NCBI RefSeq assembly: GCF_000011125.1
Contig: NC_000854.2
Span: 1,260,001-1,292,000, forward strand
Direction: 5' to 3'
DNA from: Aeropyrum pernix K1
Lineage (GTDB): Archaea; Thermoproteota; Thermoprotei_A; Sulfolobales; Acidilobaceae
Length of the DNA stretch: 32,000 bases
Shown here: positions 17,299 through 25,369 of the stretch, in pieces
Layout: each line of letters opens with the position of its first letter
How positions within the stretch are numbered: position 1 is the stretch's first letter
Notes under the pieces: model-generated
What the model was told of the DNA's origin: nothing
The model's database searches: none
Seen by the model: only the letters and a program-made list of their open reading frames with translations
Made by a program: the position numbers and the translations under genes

Positions 17299-18486
17299 CT
17301 TGCAATTCTATCTCGGAGATTCCTCCGGAGCCTCGGCTGTAACCGAGTCGGCCATACTCACTTGCAATTCTATCTCGGAGATTCTAAGACTAGCTGGATG
17401 GAGGCCATGCTGGGGGCCACCATACTTGCAATTCTATCTCGAAGATTCCCGAGGGTATATGGTTCGACGAAGTCGACAAATGGGCGAGGGCGGCTTGCAA
17501 TTCTATCTCGAAGATTCAGCGGGGTGAGTAGCCGTGCCTTGGGCTGACTGCAGACTATGTCTTGCAATTCTATCTCGAAGATTCACCTAAGCAGCTTCGA
17601 CGTAACCGTGTTCACGTGCAGACTTGCAATTCTATCTCGAAGATTCGGCTCCATGGCTGGGCGGAGAGGGCAAGGTGGAGCTGCTTGCAATTCTATCTCG
17701 AAGATTCGCCAGCCGACTTCCGCCTGCTAGGCCCCTTGGTGGGGTCTGCTTGCAATTCTATCTCGAAGATTCTCATAGTCTGGGGGTTCTGGTTCCTCCT
17801 AGGCGTCATAACTTGCAATTCTATCTCGAAGATTCTAGACGGAACTAGCGCGCTGAGGATCGAGCCACTCTTCAGGGTAGCTTGCAATTCTATCTCGAAG
17901 ATTCATTCTCTGGCTACCTCTTCGAGCGCTTCCTTCGCCTCTTTATCCACCCTTGCAATTCTATCTCGAAGATTCCTCTTATATATTTAATCAGTATAAC
18001 CCTGACAAGCTCACTTGCAATTCTATCTCGAAGATTCCCTCTAGTGAGCGTGGAAATTCCCAAAACACCATCAGACTCTTGCAATTCTATCTCGAAGATT
18101 CGCGTATGGGGAGCGGGCTGGGCCCGCGGTCATGCTTGCGCTCTTGCAATTCTATCTCGAAGATTCCCAGGCACTTGTGTTAAGGTTCTCGAAGCTGAGG
18201 ATAGCTTGCAATTCTATCTCGAAGATTCGATTCGCCCAACTGGGCGTGGAAGCGGCTCGGCGCCTTCGTCCTTGCAATTCTATCTCGAAGATTCCAGCAC
18301 GGTCAGCTGGAGAGGCCAGTAGAGGGGGCCGAGCAGCTTGCAATTCTATCTCGAAGATTCCTGTAGGGCTAGGATCGAGAGGTTCAGCAAGATGGTGTCT
18401 TGCAATTCTATCTCGAAGATTCGAGAGGCTGGGCCTCACTGGTAGGGTCGTTATAGTTTCCGCTTGCAATTCTATCTCGAAGATTC
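17299..18486 (-). CRISPR. CRISPR array: 19 repeats of 24 nt and 18 spacers
   Basis: The plus-strand repeat CTTGCAATTCTATCTCGAAGATTC starts at 17299, 17361, 17425, 17494, 17561, 17623, 17684, 17749, 17812, 17881, 17952, 18014, 18078, 18143, 18205, 18271, 18337, 18399 and 18463. Spacers are unique and 37-47 nt long. The first two repeats carry A18G. Minus-strand orientation is inferred from three points: the reverse complement GAATCTTCGAGATAGAATTGCAAG ends in an ATTGMAAG-type handle, the degenerate repeats sit at the 17299 end, and an AT-rich leader-like region lies at the 18486 end. Confidence 0.97.
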
Positions 18487-18859
18487 TGCACATGGTTTTG
18501 TTGGTGTGTGTTGTAGTATCCACACCCGATACTATATTCCATACCACACCCTGCCATCCCGGGGGCGGGGTCGTAGCCAACTCTATCACATAGATAAACC
18601 CCCGGCCCCCGGGGCTTACCACACCGGCCCCCGGCCTGTGCCGGGGGCCTCGCCATAAGGGGGGTTCACACAGGGCCTAATAACTTTTACCCACGAGATA
18701 AGAGTATATACTCCCCCAGATTGGGGGGAAAACATTGAGATACAAAAACAACCACACACAAAAATATATACAACAGGAGAGGGGGTCCCAACCAAACCTA
18801 ATAAACACTACCCCAATCTAAACGTATATACATCACCACGGAAGAGGGGAATATGGGAA
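18487..18859 (-). promoter_or_regulatory. Putative CRISPR leader, shared with the cobT-operon upstream region
   Basis: 373-nt non-coding stretch next to the non-degenerate end of the array. Its distal half (18660-18860) is AT-rich with TATA-like runs. Hairpins occur at 18626-18649 (GGCCCCCGG-N6-CCGGGGGCC) and 18712-18729. Confidence 0.5.
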
Positions 18860-20023
18860 ATGGGGGCTAGTCTTTGGGGCTGTCGGGATGCTAAGGGTTT
18901 TCCCAGGCGGTCTTCCACGTTTTGGAGGGGGTATCCTGTTTTGGGTGTTAGTGACGTCTTTGCCGTGTCAGGCGCCCTGGAGGTCGTGTTAGAAGGTGTG
19001 GCAGGGAAGGGTGTTATGGCGGTGGTTTATGGTTCTACGAGGACCTCAACTATACCGGGTATAAGCATAGCAGGTCCAAGCCCCGAGGCCACTCTCTATA
19101 CCCCCACTCTTGATATAGAGTACCTCGTTGCTGGCAGGCCTTTGACCCTGGACGTTGTTCCGGTGTCGCCTGAGGGTGTCCCCACACCTGCTGTCATTAC
19201 GAGGGCTGTAGCTAGAGCGTTCAACATACCGTTACTCCCTGTCGACGCGGGCTCGTGGACGGAGGCTCGCGTCCCACACGCCAAACTACCAAGCAGGGTT
19301 ACCGGGGGCAGGATAGACGTGGAGCCGGGGCTGCCCAGTGGCGCGTCGGAGAGGCTCTTCAGGGAGGCTTACATGCTGGGGAGCAGCTTAGCCAGAGGGC
19401 TCGACTGGATTGCGGTGGGGGAGTCCATACCAGGCGGCACCACCGTGGCAGCAGCTGTCATGGAGGCCTTGGGGTATAGGGCGGCGGATCTTGTCAGCAG
19501 CTCGGGCAAGGATAACCCGAGGGAGCTTAAGAAGCGCGTCGTCGCCCAAGCCCTCTCACGCCTCAGAGAATGCGGAGCCCGGGATGTCCTGGAGATCGTG
19601 GACTGCGTCGGCGACCCGGTGCACGTATCCATAGCCGGCCTTGCGGTGGGTGCTCGGGAAGCAGGTGCCTTCGTCATACTAGCCGGTGGCACTCAGATGG
19701 GGGCTGTGCTGGCCATACTATCCAGGCTGGGTATGCTGGATCCCCGTTCAACGGCTGTTGCAACCACGAAATGGATAGCTCTAGACCGCGGCTCCAGCAT
19801 CCGGGGTATAGTAGAGTCCATAGCACCCGGGCTGACAGTAGCCGCCGCGGGCTTCTCCCTAGAGGGGAGCAGGTATAGGGGGCTAAGGATGTACGAGGAA
19901 GGCTATGCTAAAGAGGGGGTTGGAGCCGGCGGGTCGCTAGTCATCAGCCTGCTGAGAGGGGCCGGAGTGCGCGAGATACTGGAGGCTGTTGAGTCTGAGT
20001 ATGGCAGGCTGCTGGGGGGCTAG
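18860..20023 (+). CDS. cobT: Archaeal-type CobT (UPF0284 family; nicotinate-nucleotide-dimethylbenzimidazole phosphoribosyltransferase-like)
   Basis: The motifs GSTRTSTIPGISIAGPSPE...TPTLDIEYL and GESIPGGTT are typical of the archaeal UPF0284/CobT family. The true start may be TTG at 18941, which gives the usual ~360 aa. Confidence 0.8.
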   Translation: MGASLWGCRDAKGFPRRSSTFWRGYPVLGVSDVFAVSGALEVVLEGVAGKGVMAVVYGSTRTSTIPGISIAGPSPEATLYTPTLDIEYLVAGRPLTLDVVPVSPEGVPTPAVITRAVARAFNIPLLPVDAGSWTEARVPHAKLPSRVTGGRIDVEPGLPSGASERLFREAYMLGSSLARGLDWIAVGESIPGGTTVAAAVMEALGYRAADLVSSSGKDNPRELKKRVVAQALSRLRECGARDVLEIVDCVGDPVHVSIAGLAVGAREAGAFVILAGGTQMGAVLAILSRLGMLDPRSTAVATTKWIALDRGSSIRGIVESIAPGLTVAAAGFSLEGSRYRGLRMYEEGYAKEGVGAGGSLVISLLRGAGVREILEAVESEYGRLLGG

Positions 20024-20026
20024 GTA

Positions 20027-21112
20027 TTGAACGGGGGTTTGCTAGAATGGGCGAGATACTATGCTGACCGGGATGCTCTAGTGGTTAAGCTATCAACCCC
20101 GCTACGCGTAGTCACAACCCTCCCCCACCAGCCAGGCAGGACGGGATATATTGTGTTTAAAAAGGTGCCGGAGAGCTTCAGGTGCGACAGCATAGCATCC
20201 TTCTACAGGCGGGTTAGAAGGAGCATGGGCCTCCGGGAGGCGGTGGTTTTCCTGACAGCGGCCGAGGTGGACAGGCCTCTCCACGAGGTTATAGACGAGC
20301 CTGAGACCCACATAATAGCCACTGTAGGGCTTAAGCCCCCCGCCTGCCCGGGTGGGACAGCAGGGGCACCACGCCCCGGTACCATAAACATAGCCGTAGC
20401 CACGTCGGCAGGCCTTTCACGAGCGGGGGCTATAGACCTTCTGAGGGTTGTGGCCGAGGCCAAAGCTGCGGCCGCCGCCGAAGCCCTACTCCCCTGCCTC
20501 CACAGGGCCACCGGCACCGCTACAGACGCTATAGCAGTCCTCCACACGCCGGGAGCCACGGATTTCTCAGGCTTTTACACCCGCCTCGGGGGGCTAGTGG
20601 GGAGGTCGCTCTACTTTGCCCTTGTTGACGCCGCTGTTGCGAGGCGAGGGCCCGACAGCCTACTCCGGGCGTTGACGGGTATGAGCATGGAGGGGCTTCT
20701 CGAGCTGTTCAGGAGGGTTTACATGCAGTCCCCAATACCCGGCGTGCCCGTCGAGGAGGCGTTAGGTAGGGCAGGGAGGATGCTGGAGAGGATGATGAGG
20801 GACCCCAACGTGGCAGCCCTCCTAATCGCGGCCAGGGAGCTAGACTTACACGGCTCAGCGGGAGCCATACCGGGGTTGAGCAGGAGCGGCTACAAGGGTG
20901 ATTCGAAGGCTATAGTGGCCGACGAGCTGCTCGCCGCAGCACTGGCCGAGTACTTAGCCGGGTTCAAAGGCCTGCTCGCCACGATATGGGTTGAGAAGCT
21001 TAAATCGATGGGGCTGGCGGACGCTGGCCTCCCCATGTTCATGGACGACATGGTGTCTGCGGTAGTGGGCTCTCTAGTGTCGCGGCTGCACGACGAGGTG
21101 AGGGAGGGTTGA
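20027..21112 (+). CDS. cbiZ: Adenosylcobinamide amidohydrolase CbiZ fused to a PgpA/CobZ-like phosphatase domain
   Basis: 361 aa with a TTG start. Residues 1-200 are CbiZ-like (VVTTLPH...AVVFLTAA...INIAVATSAGLSRAGAIDLLRVVAEAKAAA...ATGTATDAIAV). The C-terminal ~150 aa carry HGSAGAIPG...KAIVADE...GLPMFMDDMVSAVVGSL, which resembles PgpA-family motifs. Confidence 0.8.
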   Translation: MNGGLLEWARYYADRDALVVKLSTPLRVVTTLPHQPGRTGYIVFKKVPESFRCDSIASFYRRVRRSMGLREAVVFLTAAEVDRPLHEVIDEPETHIIATVGLKPPACPGGTAGAPRPGTINIAVATSAGLSRAGAIDLLRVVAEAKAAAAAEALLPCLHRATGTATDAIAVLHTPGATDFSGFYTRLGGLVGRSLYFALVDAAVARRGPDSLLRALTGMSMEGLLELFRRVYMQSPIPGVPVEEALGRAGRMLERMMRDPNVAALLIAARELDLHGSAGAIPGLSRSGYKGDSKAIVADELLAAALAEYLAGFKGLLATIWVEKLKSMGLADAGLPMFMDDMVSAVVGSLVSRLHDEVREG

Positions 21113-21660
21113 TAGACTGCCTGGTGATGGCGGGAGGCCAGGGCGCTAGGATGGGTTTCAGGGAGAAGCCTCTCCTAAGCGTGTGCGGCCAGCCCATGCT
21201 GCTACGGGTCCTCAGCGCTCTCCGCATGGCGTGTAGGCGTATCGCCATAGTATATTCGAGGCACACTCCCGGAGTCAAGCGTCTCTGCCTCTCCGGCGCC
21301 TTGGGGGCTGTCGAGTGTATAGAGGGGCCGGGCAGCTATGTAAAGGACCTGAGGCTAGGATTCTCCCATATCTCAACCCCTCTCCTCGTAGCCCCTGCGG
21401 ACATGCCGTTCCTCAACCCACATCATCTAAACCTATTCATCGACAGGGCCCTGGCCGATGGGGCGTCCATAGTGAACCTATCGCTCCGGGGTAGGGGGCT
21501 GACCGGGCTGAGCGTTTTCAAACATCATAGAGGCTGGTGGAGAGATGTGGAGACGAATGGGTGTTGGGCTCTGGACGTCGACACTTGGGAGGACTTCAGG
21601 AGGGCTGGAGAGCTTTGCGGGGGAGAGTGCACGGGGGAAGGCCTCCGCCTGGAGCTCTAG
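21109..21660 (+). CDS. cobY: Adenosylcobinamide-phosphate guanylyltransferase, archaeal type (CobY; MobA-like NTP transferase)
   Basis: 183 aa. The TTG start overlaps the cbiZ stop (TTGA). N-terminal LVMAGGQGARMG...KPLLSVCGQPML nucleotidyltransferase signature. The call rests on family plus operon context. Confidence 0.7.
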   Translation: MIDCLVMAGGQGARMGFREKPLLSVCGQPMLLRVLSALRMACRRIAIVYSRHTPGVKRLCLSGALGAVECIEGPGSYVKDLRLGFSHISTPLLVAPADMPFLNPHHLNLFIDRALADGASIVNLSLRGRGLTGLSVFKHHRGWWRDVETNGCWALDVDTWEDFRRAGELCGGECTGEGLRLEL

Positions 21661-22691
21661 ATCTGAGTAGCCCCTCAAACCCCCTGGGCCCCCCGCCCAG
21701 GGTGGACAACATTATCCTAGAGGCTGTTGAAAGGGGCGTCCACACACGCTATCCAGACTACGAGTATCTGGGTTTTAGAGAGGCCGTGGCGGGCTTCTAT
21801 AGGATCGACCTGGAGCGGGTTATACCCTTGAACGGTGCAGCCGAGATACTGCCCCTGGCGGCAGCAGCTCTAAGGCCCCGGTCTATAGTGGTTGTCGAGC
21901 CTAACTTCGGCGACCACACTATCCTAGCCCTCTCAGCTGGCATACCGTGCCACTCGGTCCAGCTAAGGGAGGCTGGAGACCGCTTCTCACTGGAGCCTGG
22001 CGCGGTGTGTAGCCTGCCCCGGAGCGTGGTAGAGGGTTCTCTCATTGTGCTGTCCAATCCAAACAACCCCACAGGCTCGGCCGCTGCGAGGGGTGATCTC
22101 AGGGAGCTTGCTGCCTGCGCCACATTGAGGGGTGCCCTAGCTGTGGTGGTCGACGAGTCTTTTGCAGACCTATCCAGGGTCGAGAGTGTGCTGGGGAGTG
22201 TCCCCGAAGGTGTTATCGTCGCCAGGAGCTTGACCAAGACGCTCGCGCTTCAGGGCCTCCGCATAGGCTTCGCCTACACCGATGATGCAGCGCTGGCGGC
22301 GAGGCTGGATATGGCTAGGCAGCCCTGGAACGTGAACAGCATTGCGGCGTTGCTTGTGGAGAGGCTCTTGGGTGATATGGCCTCCGAGGTCAAGGGCCAT
22401 ATAGCGCGTGCCATCGAGGCTATTGAAGGGTTGAAGCCGAGGCTATATAGTGCAGTCTCGGCGTTAGGGGCGAAGCCGTACTCCTCGCAAGCCCCCTTCA
22501 TACTGGTGAGGCACCGCCGGAGGAACCCGCTGTTTGCCAGATGCCTTCTTGAGGCCGCCGGAGTCTATATTAGGGACGCGTCGTCTTTCAGACACCTCAC
22601 TCCATACCACTCGAGAATATCTGTGGCTCCAGGTGTCGAGAGGCTGGAGAGGCTTCAGGAGGCGATACTGGATTGCCTCTCGGGGGGTTGA
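21537..22691 (+). CDS. cobD: L-threonine-O-3-phosphate decarboxylase (CobD, class I/II aminotransferase fold)
   Basis: HGG...LDLSSPSNPLGPP N-terminal signature, NPNNPTG, and PLP-lysine SLTKTLALQGLRIGF. The start is ambiguous: ATG at 21537 overlaps cobY by 124 nt, and in-frame GTG at 21627 overlaps it by 34 nt. Confidence 0.85.
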   Translation: MERCGDEWVLGSGRRHLGGLQEGWRALRGRVHGGRPPPGALDLSSPSNPLGPPPRVDNIILEAVERGVHTRYPDYEYLGFREAVAGFYRIDLERVIPLNGAAEILPLAAAALRPRSIVVVEPNFGDHTILALSAGIPCHSVQLREAGDRFSLEPGAVCSLPRSVVEGSLIVLSNPNNPTGSAAARGDLRELAACATLRGALAVVVDESFADLSRVESVLGSVPEGVIVARSLTKTLALQGLRIGFAYTDDAALAARLDMARQPWNVNSIAALLVERLLGDMASEVKGHIARAIEAIEGLKPRLYSAVSALGAKPYSSQAPFILVRHRRRNPLFARCLLEAAGVYIRDASSFRHLTPYHSRISVAPGVERLERLQEAILDCLSGG

Positions 22692-23458
22692 AGAGCCTGG
22701 CTAGCCTGCTTACGGCCTTGCCCCTAGGGGGCGGGAGCCTTGACGAGGCAGCCCGCAGCTTCTACCTCGTACCCCTGCTGGCCTTGGCTGTAGGGGCTGC
22801 CTCAGCCTCCCCCTCCGCACTAGCCGTGGAGGCTGGGGTGGGCTATATTGCTGGGGGCGCCGTCTACACGCTAGCATACATACTTCTGACGGGAGGCATC
22901 CACATGGACGGCCTGGCTGACTACAGCGACGTACTAGGCTCGAGGGCTAGCGGTGGAGAAGCCCTGAGGATACTCAAGGACCCGCGGAAGGGGGCTTTCG
23001 CCGCTCTAGCCCTCTCCCTAGCCATCGCCCTTTCCATAGTGTTCCCGGGGGAGGTTCTGAGGCTGTCCAGCCCCGGAGCCTTCATAATCCTGGCCGCCTC
23101 CTCCCACTCCGGGGCAGCCGCGTCTATGTATATGCTCCTGGCGGCCGGGCCTCCAGAGCCCTATAGGGGTATGGCCAGGGCCTTCTCCCTCGAGGCTAGG
23201 GGGCGTGTTGCCCTCTTCGCAGCTACATCCACCGCCTCTGCTACGGCCTCCTCAGCCGCTCTAGCCCTCTACGGCTACCCGTGGTGGCTGGTTCCTCTAC
23301 AGTGGCTTTCATCGCTGGCCACGGGTGTATGGGTGCTCCGCAGCGCCAGGTCCACCTTGGGGTATGTTAACGGCGATGTGGCCGGTTTCTGCTTCGAGGC
23401 TTCCAGGATAGCCTCTATCGTCGCCACGGCTCTTGCACTGGGTGTTGCTGGTGTTTGA
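22673..23458 (+). CDS. cobS: Adenosylcobinamide-GDP ribazoletransferase (cobalamin synthase CobS)
   Basis: Polytopic membrane protein with the CobS motif HMDGLADYSD. The likely start is TTG at 22688, overlapping the cobD stop (TTGA). Confidence 0.85.
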   Translation: MPLGGLKSLASLLTALPLGGGSLDEAARSFYLVPLLALAVGAASASPSALAVEAGVGYIAGGAVYTLAYILLTGGIHMDGLADYSDVLGSRASGGEALRILKDPRKGAFAALALSLAIALSIVFPGEVLRLSSPGAFIILAASSHSGAAASMYMLLAAGPPEPYRGMARAFSLEARGRVALFAATSTASATASSAALALYGYPWWLVPLQWLSSLATGVWVLRSARSTLGYVNGDVAGFCFEASRIASIVATALALGVAGV

Positions 23459-24413
23459 GTGGCTAGCCAGAGCCCTATACCCGGAGCCTGAGGTCCTGGC
23501 GGCAGGCCTGGCCGTAGGCCTTATGCTCGACCTAGCGTACCCGGAGCACCGGGGCCTAGCCCTGAAACTCCATCCTGTACACACCTCATACATTATGGCT
23601 CTCAGGCTGGTCAGGCCTGGGGCCGGGAGGGCCTGGGGAGCGGCTATCTGGCTTCTAACCATATCGTCCCACATGATGGTCTACGCCTCCCTGCTGGCGG
23701 CCTCTTACCTGGTGCATCCAGCCCTCCACACGCTCGCTGTAGGTGTGATAGTGAAGCTCTCAATGCCACTTAGACTCCTCCTCGACACGTGCATCAAAGC
23801 CTCCCGCATGGCGGCTGCTGGCCGTGTGGAGTGTTCAAGGAGGCTTGTGCAGGGTATTGTAAGGAGAGACCTCTCGGGAGAGCCTCTAGGGAGGGTGCTC
23901 TCGGCCTGTATAGAGAGCACGGCGGAGAGCCTGGTGGACGGCTATACATCGCCGCTGACATACTACATTCTCCTAGGCCCGCTGGGAGCCCTACTGCAGA
24001 GGCTGTCAAACACTCTCGACGGGGCCGTCGGCTTCAAAACCCCCCTCCTATATAGGCAAGGCTGGTTCTCGGCGAAGGCTGATACCCTGCTCAACTTCAT
24101 ACCTGCCAGGCTGACTGCAGTTATGGTGGCGTTAGCTGCTCCTCTGGCTGGAGCAAGCACGCTCGGCTCCCTTAGGTGTATCGCCAGGTGCGCCAGGCTG
24201 CTGGAGAGCGTCAACGCTGGCTACCCCATATCAGCCTTCGCCGGAGCGCTGGACGTAAGGCTTGAGAAGAAGGGCTTCTACATTGTAAACGGTGGAGCAC
24301 CCTATCCCGGGTGGAGGGATGGCCTAAAAGCTTCAAGGCTGGCGGTGTCTGCGGCGAGCCTGTACACAGTGCTCGCCGCCCTGGCCATTGCCCTTGGAGG
24401 TGGAGCGGGTTGA
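23433..24413 (+). CDS. cbiB: Adenosylcobinamide-phosphate synthase CbiB
   Basis: Membrane protein with CbiB signatures HPVHTSY and ESTAESLVDGYTSPLTYYILLGPLGALLQRLSNTLDGAVGFK. The start is one of several GTG/TTG codons between 23433 and 23451. Confidence 0.85.
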   Translation: MHWVLLVFEWLARALYPEPEVLAAGLAVGLMLDLAYPEHRGLALKLHPVHTSYIMALRLVRPGAGRAWGAAIWLLTISSHMMVYASLLAASYLVHPALHTLAVGVIVKLSMPLRLLLDTCIKASRMAAAGRVECSRRLVQGIVRRDLSGEPLGRVLSACIESTAESLVDGYTSPLTYYILLGPLGALLQRLSNTLDGAVGFKTPLLYRQGWFSAKADTLLNFIPARLTAVMVALAAPLAGASTLGSLRCIARCARLLESVNAGYPISAFAGALDVRLEKKGFYIVNGGAPYPGWRDGLKASRLAVSAASLYTVLAALAIALGGGAG

Positions 24414-25366
24414 GCTGGAGCTTATGCAGGGGGTATGCATTGAGGCTTGCAGAAATAGTGGCTAGAGAGTCGAGGGGGTGCGGATGTATAACACTCTCCG
24501 GCGGGATAGACACTAGCTTCGTAGCCGCGGTACACCCTAAAAGGAGGGTGCTAAGGGCGTTCACCGTGGATCTGGGTGGGAGTGACGTTCGCTACGCCAG
24601 GCTTGCGGCGGAGAGGCTGGGTTTAAAGGACCATATCATAGTTAATCCCGGTCTCGACGATTTCTCCAAAGCTGTTGACTGGGTCTTAAGATCCATGGAG
24701 GTTATAGACCCGGTCGAGGTAGCAGCCTCGTCGATACACTATATAGCCCTTTCAGCGGCGGCGGGGGAGGGCTGCGGCTGCGTCCTGTCTGGCGATGGCG
24801 GCGACGAGCTCTTCCTAGGCTATAGCTTCCTGCTAGACAAGAGTATTGGGTATCTGGAGGAGTGGAGGAGGCGTATGGCGAGGGAGGCGAGGCTACCCAC
24901 AGTAGAGGTTGCCAGGATGCTTGGAGTAGACGTCATAGCCCCTCTCTACAGCCGGGAGTCTAGGAGGCTGGCGCTTGAGACGCCGTTGGAGTGTCTTGTC
25001 AAGGGTAGATGGGGTAAGTGGATGATCAGGATGCTGCTAGACGAGCTAGGCTTGAGGGAGATAGCATTCAGAGATAAAGCCCCCGTGACAGAGGGGTCCG
25101 GATCTCTGGCGGCCCTAAAGTCCCTGGCTACAGCCATGGGGGGCGGCGAGGGAGCAGGAGCCGGGCTGGACTTCAACCCTCCTACTATGCTACACTCTTT
25201 CCTTGCCCACAGGCTCAAGAACCTCAAGGGCCGCCTCCCCCCGAAGGCCTCGCAGGAGAAAAGAGCGTGCCCAGTCTGTGGAAGAGAGCTTAGGAGGGGG
25301 TGGTGCAGGTTCTGCGGAGCTACCGTCTCACCCCAAGGCGTTGCTACACACTATACTGGTGATTAG
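24410..25366 (+). CDS. Asparagine-synthase-type PP-loop synthetase domain protein (no glutaminase domain) with a C-terminal zinc ribbon
   Basis: Motifs ITLSGGIDTSFVAA (SGGxDS PP-loop), LSGDGGDELFLGY, and KWMIRMLL. C-terminal CPVCG-x8-CRFCG. I place the start at TTG 24410, which overlaps the cbiB stop (TTGA). The longest ORF runs from 24311. Confidence 0.75.
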   Translation: MSWSLCRGYALRLAEIVARESRGCGCITLSGGIDTSFVAAVHPKRRVLRAFTVDLGGSDVRYARLAAERLGLKDHIIVNPGLDDFSKAVDWVLRSMEVIDPVEVAASSIHYIALSAAAGEGCGCVLSGDGGDELFLGYSFLLDKSIGYLEEWRRRMAREARLPTVEVARMLGVDVIAPLYSRESRRLALETPLECLVKGRWGKWMIRMLLDELGLREIAFRDKAPVTEGSGSLAALKSLATAMGGGEGAGAGLDFNPPTMLHSFLAHRLKNLKGRLPPKASQEKRACPVCGRELRRGWCRFCGATVSPQGVATHYTGD

Positions 25367-25369
25367 AGA

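Noticed and set aside
17300-18658. Many 60-156-aa ORFs on both strands across the CRISPR array, with recurring peptides LQFYLEDS, CNSISKI, AILSRRF and IFEIELQ.
   Set aside because: The recurring peptides are just the 24-nt repeat translated in different frames. The periodicity equals the repeat-spacer unit. These are not genes.
18487-18859. Possible cobalamin riboswitch upstream of the cobT operon.
   Set aside because: I could find no B12-box-like core (GCCACTG-type). The GC hairpins do not resemble the riboswitch architecture. As far as I know, such riboswitches are not established in archaea.
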